Source of the DNA: an uncultured Actinomycetes bacterium
GTDB lineage: Bacteria > Actinomycetota > Acidimicrobiia > IMCC26256 > PALSA-610
Reading direction: 5' to 3'
DNA: 64,000 nt
Assembly: GCA_963837155.1 (NCBI GenBank)
Contig: CAWIMB010000001.1
Coordinates: 683,586-747,585 of the forward strand
Both the position numbers and the translations under genes were made by a program. Positions 39,387-47,600 of the stretch are shown here, in pieces. Under the pieces are notes generated by a model. That model was given only the letters and a program-made list of their open reading frames with translations, was not told the origin of the DNA and searched no databases. The first letter of the stretch is position 1, and the number at the start of each line of letters is the position of its first letter.

Positions 39387-40262
39387 ATGACCTCGTCTCC
39401 GCCTCGAGTGATATTCAACTTCACATCAAAGTGCAATATGGGTTGTGCGTTCTGTTACATCCCGTTCGACGGCCACCCAATCGAGCAGGCTGACGCGGTT
39501 GACGTACTCGGCGAGGTGCTCCGACGCGGGCCCCTTAGCATCACATTCGGCGGCGGCGACCCTCTCATGTTCCCGTACCTCGAACAGCTGATCTCGACGG
39601 TACGAAAGCGGGCGCCTTCGATCTTTCTACAGCTAGATACAAACGGCATTGCCGGTACACCTGACCGATTGTTGCGCATCACGCGAGCTGTAGACCTTGT
39701 AGGCCTTCCGCTGGACGGCGTCTCCAACTCAGTCGTCCGCGCGATGCGCGGCTCGACCGACCATTGGACGCGGATCTTGGCACTGCTCAAGGAGCTCTCC
39801 GCCGCCGGGCTAGCCGCCAAAGTAAACACCGTCGTGAGCCGAAGGAACATCAGGTCCTTGGAGGACGTGGGGGACGCCTTGACCGACATGCGGATCGCGC
39901 GATGGTCACTCTATGAGTTCTGGCCATTGGGCAGACGCGCACGCGAGAACAGCGCGGCGTTCGGCATCTCTACTACTGATTTCTGGGCGGCGGTGCACAA
40001 CATGAGAGCCCGCTTTCCCCATCTCAACATCGAATCGAGCACCGCTCGTCAACGGAGTCGCGCGTACTTCTTCGTTACGCCGACCGGTCGCGCTTACGTT
40101 GAGGACGAGCTTTCGGAAGGCGGGTATCGCGACCTCGGGAATGTTCGCTTCGACAGCGACGTATGGCAGCGCTGGGGCGATTACGTCGACACCTCGAAGA
40201 ACCGCGAGCGCTTTGAGGCACGGCGGGACTCGCCCCCCAAAGGTCTTGCTCGGCTTCCGTGA
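39387..40262 (+). CDS. Radical SAM enzyme with viperin-like architecture (gene B of the candidate system)
   Basis: MTSSPPRVIFNFTSKCNMGCAFCYIPF carries the CxxxCxxC cluster in a viperin-like context (NxxFTxxCNxxCxFC). Also present are ITFGGGDPLMF and LQLDTNG. LPLDGVSNSVVRAMRG parallels ISCDSF..IGRG, AKVNTVVSRRNI parallels FKINSVINRFN, and RIARWSLYEFWPLGRRAREN parallels VRWKVFQCLLIEGEN. The size is about 291 aa. The start lies 14 nt after the gene A stop. The ORF-track start at 39306 was rejected because it overlaps gene A. Confidence 0.8.
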   Translation: MTSSPPRVIFNFTSKCNMGCAFCYIPFDGHPIEQADAVDVLGEVLRRGPLSITFGGGDPLMFPYLEQLISTVRKRAPSIFLQLDTNGIAGTPDRLLRITRAVDLVGLPLDGVSNSVVRAMRGSTDHWTRILALLKELSAAGLAAKVNTVVSRRNIRSLEDVGDALTDMRIARWSLYEFWPLGRRARENSAAFGISTTDFWAAVHNMRARFPHLNIESSTARQRSRAYFFVTPTGRAYVEDELSEGGYRDLGNVRFDSDVWQRWGDYVDTSKNRERFEARRDSPPKGLARLP

Positions 40263-40645
40263 CGGCGGCTGCCGCCAAGCGTGCCTGCTGCGCGCGCGCG
40301 CCTTCTGAGCTCCTGATTTTGCGAAGGTCATTGCGTGCGATGGCTCCTGCGGTGTCGACCACCGGGCACGCGTCGAGCGGTGCGTAGAACAAAGTCAGCG
40401 CACCCCGTCCGAGCAGAAGCTCATCGGTAAGACAGCAGCTTGGGTCAGAGTTTCAGACGGCGGCGCTAGCAACGCCGACCTAAGCCCCGAGAACATCGCC
40501 CAACTACTGGCAAGCGAGGCACGCGGCGCAAAACGCACTACAGCATGGGCGGCATTCGCACTGCGCGCTTGCTTGTTTCGTTCCTCAGAAGTTGACTTGG
40601 TTCAACGAGCGGGACGGCGCGGGAACTGGAAGGGTGGGGCCGACC

Positions 40646-41368
40646 ATGAGACTGCTTCGATCCCGTCTCGTGGTCGTGTGCGTTGCGAGCACTTGTACAG
40701 CGTTGGTCGTTGGTGGCATCGCATGGGCGGTGCAGAGTCCCGTCGACAGCAACCTTGTCGTTAATGCGTGTTACAACGCCAAGAACGGGGCGATCAAGCT
40801 AGACGTCAAGGGCGCGTGCCCCCGCAGCGGCACCAACACTCCGATCTCATGGAATGCGCGCGGTCCGCAAGGCGAGGCCGGCGAAGCTGCGTCACCTCGC
40901 GTGGTCGCAGTTGCTGACGGCTCTTGGCAACCAAGTACGCCATCCCAGCCGCTTGTGAGCGGCGCGCTGTTCGCACAGGACAACGACACCTGCCTCGGAA
41001 CGGTCGGCTACCCGTGTACCACGGTGCTCAGTGCTGACTGGACAGCTCTGCCGGCGGTCTCCCTCACACTGCCTGCTACGTCACAAGCGGCGACCCTCGA
41101 TGCACGATTCTCCGCCTCGGTGTCGTGCTTCGGAACCAGCGTGGACAAATACATGCGCATCGTCGTCAACGGAGAGCCGGTAGGCGACGCCGCACCGCTC
41201 GCGGCTCTCCCACCCATGACGCCGCAACAGGCGGAGTTGCCCGTGACGGTTGAACGCACCGTACCGATCGCGGCAGGAGCCGACCACGACGTGCAGGTCG
41301 AGGTACGGGTTGGTTCGAACTCAGTGTGCGCGATGGGATGGCATCTGATCGCCGAAGCAATCAGCTAA
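40646..41368 (+). CDS. Secreted/anchored hypothetical protein, paralog 1 (shared Cys-motif leader module plus a short GXY stretch)
   Basis: The start was trimmed to MRLLRSRLVVVCVASTCTALVVGGIAWA. The module is VQSPVDSNLVVNACYNAKNGAIKLDVKGACPRSGTNTPISWNARGPQGEAG, followed by a unique C-terminal domain. Confidence 0.65.
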   Translation: MRLLRSRLVVVCVASTCTALVVGGIAWAVQSPVDSNLVVNACYNAKNGAIKLDVKGACPRSGTNTPISWNARGPQGEAGEAASPRVVAVADGSWQPSTPSQPLVSGALFAQDNDTCLGTVGYPCTTVLSADWTALPAVSLTLPATSQAATLDARFSASVSCFGTSVDKYMRIVVNGEPVGDAAPLAALPPMTPQQAELPVTVERTVPIAAGADHDVQVEVRVGSNSVCAMGWHLIAEAIS

Positions 41369-41414
41369 CACAATGCGATGGGCAACCACGCATCAGACGC
41401 AGGGGAGACGGAGA

Positions 41415-42567
41415 ATGAGAGTCTGGCGCTCACGCGTGTTCGCGGTGTGCATAGCAAGCGCGGTCACTGCGATCGTCGTCGGAGGTGTCGCGTGGGCTAT
41501 CCAGAGTCCCGTCGACGGCAACGGCGTAATTCACGCGTGTTATAACCCCCACAATGGCGACCTGCGTCTCAACATCAAGGGAAGCTGCCCAACCCGGGGG
41601 GCGAAGCACGCCGCTCACATGGGCCGCGGTCGGACCACAGGGACCGAAGGGCGACCCCGGCCCGCAAGGTCTTACGGGTCCGGCGCGCGCGAGCGCACTG
41701 TCGCAGCGCATCGCGACGCTGCACTGGTATGGAGACGAGACATCATTTGACTCCTTCGCAATCCCCGAGCCGGCTCGCGGATTGGTGTTCGACGGCACAT
41801 ATACGTGGGCGCTCACGGGCGGACTGTCGAAGGTCGATCCCGTGACTGGGGGTGTCGTCGCAACGTACCCGTCGCCCGATAATCCATATGCCGCAGCCGT
41901 TGAGGGCGGTCACCTATGGGTCACAGACGCGAATTCCGACACCGTAAACAAGGTCGACAGGTCGAGCGGCAACGTTGTCGGCTCGTTCCCGAGCGGTGGC
42001 GCACACACAACAGGCATCGCGTTTGACGGGACGCATTTCTGGGTTGCCCACGCTGAGAGCACGAACGTCACAGAGATGTCCCTATCAGGCAGCATCGTCG
42101 GTTCGACAAACATCGGAGCAAACGGCGCCACGGATGTGCTGTTCGACGGAACCAACGTGTGGGTGGCCCACTCCGCGGTCAAGCAGCTCGTTGAAATCTC
42201 ACCGACCACTGGCAACATCCTCCGGACCGTGTCCCTTGACGGTCAGCCACGCGGACTCGTGTACGACGGTACGAACATCTGGGCAGCAGACCAGAGCAGC
42301 GACAGCGTCGCCAAGGTTCAAGCGAGCACAGGGACCATCGTGGGCACGTTCGGTCTTGGGTCGGGCTCGCAACCGTCCGGCATGACGTTCGATGGAACTC
42401 ACATCTGGGTCTCGGGCGAAGGCAACGGCCACGTGAGCGAGCTTCTCGCGAGCTCGGGTGCCGTCGTTAATACGTTCGCAATCGGACCTCGTCCGAACCG
42501 GATGATCTTTGACGGAACGGACGTGTGGGTAGCTGACGTCAACCTTCCAATGTTGACGAGGTTGTAG
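41415..42567 (+). pseudogene. Secreted paralog 2: shared leader module, collagen-like GXY stretch and a 7-bladed beta-propeller (NHL/Vgb-like). Frameshifted in a G6 run.
   Basis: MRVWRSRVFAVCIASAVTAIVVGGVAWAIQSPVDGNGVIHACYNPHNGDLRLNIKGSCPTRG is followed by the G6 tract at 41596-41601. The frame then reads STPLTWAAVGPQGPKGDPGPQGLTGP, followed by 7 repeats of the FDGTxxWVA type. Confidence 0.7.
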
Positions 42568-42725
42568 TGCGCGCGTGCCCCACTACAACTGCACAGGTCG
42601 AGGAGATCCGCAACGGCTCCCTTCGCCATACTGTGCATCCCCGCTGTCCCGGACAGCTTGGTGTTCCGCAGGTTTTCCGCCGTTGTGTTGTTGGATGCAT
42701 GCCAGTGACCTTGAAGGAAGGTCGG

Positions 42726-42933
42726 CATGCCGAAGGCTCATCCGGCGGAGTTCCGCGCTCGCGCGGTCGTCATAGATCGCCGAGGAGCTCAGGATCCCCG
42801 GATCCCTCGAGATCCACCGCTAGTCGCGCGGCACCTCCAGCGCGCCGCGGGTGCATGCTGAGCTTCGACTCGGTGCCGGGATCACCGTCACCGCCGACCG
42901 GCTTGCCTATCGATTGGAGGAGGCATCGGGATA
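42726..42933 (+). mobile_element. IS3-family transposase remnant (orfA and orfB N-terminal fragments, multiple lesions)
   Basis: MPKAHPAEFRARAV is the typical IS3 OrfA start. It is followed out of frame by IAEELRIPGSLEIHR, and then by RVHAELRLGAGITV, which is the OrfB N-terminal motif. No intact transposase or inverted repeats were identified. Confidence 0.55.
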
Positions 42934-43095
42934 GCGTCTCGCGAACTCGATCGCTAGCTGGCATGCCGAAGCTTTGGGCGCGGAAATGGTGTTCGCCATT
43001 GGGAGGCGACATCAAGCCTTGCCACTAGAGGATAAACGGGGCCTGTTTGGGGTCACTTTGCTTACGCGTACCGGAGCGGACGCCGAGGAGTACGC

Positions 43096-43977
43096 ATGAC
43101 GTCTGGCGAGTATGTCCCCCACCAAAGGCTCAGTCTGCGGACTCATGCCATCTTCAATGAGAAGTGGCTCCAGCAACGAATCGCTGACGACCCCGCCCTT
43201 CTCGGTCTTGGCGAGGTCGACGTCAAGGACCTCGAACGCACGCAGCCGCGCGCGGGACGGTTGGACCTCCTGCTCTATGACCCAGAATCGAATACGCGGT
43301 ACGAGGTCGAGATTCAGCTAGGTGCGACCGACGAGTCGCACATCATCCGCACAATCGAATATTGGGACATCGAGCGCCGTCGCTACCCCCAATACGACCA
43401 TGTCGCGGTGATCGTCGCCGAGCACATCACGGCACGCTTCTTCAATGTGATCTCGCTGTTCAACGGGTTCATTCCCATCATCGCGGTTCAGGTATCGGCT
43501 CTAGCAGTGAACGAAGCGGTCACCCTCGTGTTTACGACGGTGCTCGATCGCTCGACACTCGCCGTCGAGGAGGACGAGGACCAAGGCGAGCCTCGGGATC
43601 GAAGCTACTGGGAACGCAAAGCTTCCCCGACCACCTTGGCGATGACGGATCGGCTGCTCGATCTGATCACGCAGTCCGCGGAACCTCGTGCACAACTGAA
43701 GTACAACAAGAACTACATCGGCCTTTCGGTTGACGGCGTCGCGTCAAACTTCATGACCTTCCGCCCGCGACGCGGTCACGTTCTCCTAGAAGCGAAGATT
43801 CCTCGCTCAGACGAACTCACGCTGCGCTTGGAGGACGCCGGGCTCGTGCTCCTCACATACCAAACGCGATGGGGCTACTACCGCATCCAGATCGCTCAAG
43901 AAGACCTGGAAGCGCGCACCGGCATCCTGAGCGACATCGCAAAGCTCGCGCGCGACGGCTACGGCGCAGGTCGATAG
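43096..43977 (+). CDS. PD-(D/E)XK (NucS/RecB-like) nuclease-fold protein with an additional C-terminal domain
   Basis: A GAGGAG SD precedes the start. The 293-aa protein reads NEKWLQQRIADDPALLGLGEVDVKDLERTQPRAGRLDLLLYD...RYEVEIQLGATDESHIIRTIEYW, which is the endonuclease-like D...ExE/Q pattern. The C-terminal part, LKYNKNYIGLSVDG...FRPRRGHVLLEAKIP, resembles DUF5655-type domains. Confidence 0.65.
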   Translation: MTSGEYVPHQRLSLRTHAIFNEKWLQQRIADDPALLGLGEVDVKDLERTQPRAGRLDLLLYDPESNTRYEVEIQLGATDESHIIRTIEYWDIERRRYPQYDHVAVIVAEHITARFFNVISLFNGFIPIIAVQVSALAVNEAVTLVFTTVLDRSTLAVEEDEDQGEPRDRSYWERKASPTTLAMTDRLLDLITQSAEPRAQLKYNKNYIGLSVDGVASNFMTFRPRRGHVLLEAKIPRSDELTLRLEDAGLVLLTYQTRWGYYRIQIAQEDLEARTGILSDIAKLARDGYGAGR

Positions 43978-43980
43978 TCG

Positions 43981-44220
43981 ATGCACAAATACGACCCGCT
44001 CTCCGATCATCTTGCACAGCTGCAGGGAGACGGCCCCTGGCGGGTGCGGTTCGGGCAGATCGACCGACTCGTTGGCGGCTTACCTCGCTCGGCACGCATT
44101 TATCGCGAATGGTGGGATCACTCAGCGCGCCACGTCCAAGCCGCGGCCTGGGTGGACAACGATCTGCGCGTCGTCGATGTCGACCTCGAAGCCGAGACAG
44201 TCACGTTCGAACGCGCGTAG
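43981..44220 (+). CDS. Small conserved-looking hypothetical protein adjacent to the nuclease
   Basis: 79 aa: YDPLSDHLAQLQGDGPWRVRFGQIDRLVGGLPRSARIYREWWDHSARHVQAAAWVDNDLRVVDVDLEAETVTFER. The start lies 3 nt after the upstream stop. This pattern is seen in small island-borne proteins. Confidence 0.6.
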   Translation: MHKYDPLSDHLAQLQGDGPWRVRFGQIDRLVGGLPRSARIYREWWDHSARHVQAAAWVDNDLRVVDVDLEAETVTFERA

Positions 44221-44383
44221 GCGAAGGCGGTCCAGACCTCGGGCAGACCTCGGAGACCTCATTCAGACCTTCGTACGAAGGTCTCCGTCGGTCTTCGTCG
44301 GTCGCGGTCGGTCGGTGTTCACGACTGCTGCCAAACAGATCCCTACCTGCTGCTTCGCACGTCGACGCAGGTAGCGCAGTGAG

Positions 44384-44457
44384 TGGAGACGATGGGACTC
44401 GAACCCACGACCCCCTGCTTGCAAAGCAGGTGCTCTAGCCAGCTGAGCTACGTCCCC
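44384..44457 (-). tRNA. tRNA-Ala (anticodon UGC), CCA not encoded
   Basis: The reverse complement GGGGACGTAGCTCAGCTGGCTAGAGCACCTGCTTTGCAAGCAGGGGGTCGTGGGTTCGAGTCCCATCGTCTCCA folds as a cloverleaf. It has a 7-bp acceptor stem with the G3:U70 Ala identity pair, the anticodon loop TTTGCAA, and the T-loop TTCGAGT. Confidence 0.95.
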
Positions 44458-44682
44458 GGGAACTTCGATCGTACTTGCACTTCAGAGACCCCTCCGCAGG
44501 CGGGCGCTCGCGGGCTCGCACCAGCCGGACGTCGATCGGGCTGTTTTTTGGCACGCGCCATCCGGCGAACGGCTGACGTTTCCCGGCCCTGACCAGGCGT
44601 TTGGCCTGGTCACAACCCGATCTCTTCAGTAGGCACGCGAATTTTCCGATCTGATCCGACTGGCGTTGGTGCGCCGCCTGGT

Positions 44683-47600
44683 GTGGTGAGAGGGAACGAC
44701 GTGCGGCAATCACGAGCAGTTCGCGAAGCGCGCTCGTGGTCGCGCGCGCGTACGCGCCGCACGCTCGTCGCGCTGGTTCTCGTCGCAATCCCAATATCAA
44801 CTGGACCTTCCCGACGTCATACGCGCTCTCGAGCGGCAGCAGCGTCAACATCGCGCACCCGATCTACTACAGCGACAGCTCCGACGGCGCCGTTTCCTTC
44901 ACGGTTGACTCGGGCCCGTGTTCGCTGAGCGGCACGTTGCCGACCGTGATGATGTCTGCGAGCGGCCTTGGTACCTGCGTCATCACCGTGAGCACGGCCG
45001 CAACCGCGACGTACGACGCGGGACAGGTCACCAAGAACATCGAGATCGTGAAGCAGACGCCCTTCATCTTCTTCTCCGGCGGAGCCGCCCTCGCGGACGG
45101 GCAGACTCGGACGCTCTCAGCCAGCACGAACTCGAACGGCGCCATGTCGTATTCGCTCGACGCGGGCGATGCTGCCGACTGCTCGCTCACCGGCAACCAG
45201 CTCACCGCGTTGTCGGGAACAGGTTCGTGCCGCGTGACCGCGCAGACCACCGAGACTGCCACCTACTTCGCAGGGTCGAGCCTTGCAACCATCACCTTGG
45301 CAAAGGCGACCCCCACCCTCGCGTTCGCGAGCAGCAGCGCTGCGTTGGCATACTCGCAATCCCGCACTCTGTCGGCATCGTCCGCGTCCACCGGCGTCGT
45401 TACCTACAGCTCCGACGGTCTCCGCGACGTCGACATCCGGGCTCACGGTTTCGTTCAGCACGAGCGGCAACTGCACCAACAGCACCACGACCGTCACGAT
45501 CACCGGCGCCGGCACCTGTACCGTCACGGCGAGTCAAGCCGGGAACGCGAACTACAACGCCGCGTCGGACGTCGCGCGCACGTTCAATATCGCCAAGGCC
45601 AACCAAACGATCACGTTCAACGCGCTCAACGACTCGACGTACGGCGGCTCGCCGATCGCAATTTCCGCGACTGCGTCGTCTGGACTCACCGTTTCCTTCG
45701 GCACGTCCGGCAACTGCTCATACGGCAGTGGCGCGATCACGCTCACCGGTGCGGGTACGTGCACGGTGACGGCGAGCCAAGCGGGCAACGCGAACTACAA
45801 GGCCGCCCCCGAGGTCGCGGACCTTCACGATCGGGAAATCGCCGCAAGACATCACGTTCAACACGCTCGCCGACAAGACCTACGGCGCGAGTGCCTTTGC
45901 CGTCTCGGCCAGCGCATCTTCGGCACTCACCGTCACGTTCACCACCTCGGGCGACTGCACCAACTCGGGCACGACCGTCACGATCACCGCGGCCGGTTCC
46001 TGCACGGTAACCGCGCACCAGGCCGGGAACGCCGATTACGACCCGGCACCCGACCTGGCCCGCACGTTCACGATCAACAAGGCCAACCAGACGATCACGT
46101 TCGACGCTCTCGGCGACAAGACGTACGGCGATGCAGCTTTCGTCGTGTCCGGTACCGCCAGTTCGAGCCTGACGGTGACGTTCACGACGGCGGGCAACTG
46201 CATCAACTCCGGCACGACCGTGACGGTCACCGGCGCCGGCACCTGCACCGTGACCGCGTAGCAGAGCGGCGACAGCAACTACAACGCCGCATCCGACGTC
46301 GCCCGCACCTTCACGATCGGGAAGGCCGACCAGGCAATCACCTTCAACGCGCCCGACGATGCAACCTTCGGTGATGATCCGTTCACGGTATCGGCGACCG
46401 CGAGTTCCGGACTCTCCGTGACGTTCACGTCGTCGGGCGATTGCTCGACGTCAGGGGTGACCGTCACGTTGACCGGCGTCGGAACATGCACGATCACCGC
46501 GCACCAAGATGGCAACGCGAACTACAACGCAGCGTCCGACGTCGCCCACACGTTCAACGTCGGGAAAGTGGCCCAGACGATCGCGTTCAACCCCCTCGGC
46601 GCCAAGACGTACGGCGACAGTGCCTTCACCGTTTCGGCGACGGCAACCTCGGGACTCACCGTCACTTTCACGACGGCCGGCGGCTGCACCAATTCCGACA
46701 CCACGATCACGATCACCGGCGCGAGCACGTGTACCGTCACCGCGCATCAAGCCGGCAACGCGACCTACAGCGCCGCAACTGACGTCGACCAGAGCTTCAC
46801 GATCGCCAAGGCCACCCAGACGATCACCTTCAACCCGATCACCAGCGCGGTTGTCACCGACGACCCCTTCGTGATCTCCGCGACGGCCAGTTCCGGTCTC
46901 GCCGTCACGTTCACCACGTCGGGACCGTACACCAACAGCGGCGCGACGATCACACTCACCGGTACCGGCACCTGTATCGTCACCGCGCACCAGGTAGGCA
47001 ACAGCAACTATCTCGCCGCGAACGACGTCGCGCGAGGCATCGGTGTCGATCGCGCCGAACAGACCATCACGTTCGGCGCACTCGCTGACAAGACATACGG
47101 CGACGCACCATTCACCGTCACGGCGACCGCAAGCTCCGGCCTCGCGGTCGAGTATTCGACGTCGGGCCCGTGCACGAACACCGGCGCAACCATCACCATC
47201 ACCGGCGCCGGTACCTGCATCGTCACCGCCGATCAAGATGGCGACGCCACGTACTACGCCGCGCCGTCCGCCGGCCAGGCGTTTGGGATTGCGAAGATCG
47301 CGCAAACCATCGATTTCCCGCCGCACGCGGCCGTCACGGTGATCGACGATCCCTTCGACGTCTCCGCAACGGCAAGCTCGGGCCTGCCAGTGACATACAC
47401 GACGACGGGCCCGTGCACGAATGCCGGACCGACCATCACGGTCACCGGTACCGGCACGTGCATCGTGAACGCGCACCAGCCCGGAAACAGCTACTACGAG
47501 ACGGCACCCAGCCCCGGTATCGGTATCGGCGTGGACCGCGCCGACCAATCGATCACGTTCGCTGCGCTCGCCGACAAGACGTACGGCGACGCGCCGTTCA

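Larger units (their letters stand above)
22418..44457. mobile_element. Composite tRNA-Ala-associated integrative island. Distal unit 22461-26335 carries the integrase and vapBC. Proximal unit 26382-44383 has no integrase and is partly decayed.
   Basis: Evidence is the intact tRNA plus two same-orientation copies of its 3' end, a tyrosine recombinase gene, a TA module, an IS3 remnant, truncated genes, and a visibly lower G+C in about 38.6-44.3 kb. Confidence 0.75.

Noticed and set aside
41632-41682. Bona fide collagen triple-helix domain in the beta-propeller protein
   Set aside because: Only about 6 consecutive GXY triplets are present (3 in the paralog). This is too short to call a collagen domain, so it is described only as collagen-like.
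4615-46261. TAG reassignment or pyrrolysine/suppressor read-through as the explanation for the three in-frame amber codons
   Set aside because: TAG is used as the genuine terminator of neighbouring intact genes (2672-2674 and 5386-5388). The expected residues at the three sites differ. No pyl or suppressor tRNA genes are seen in the window.
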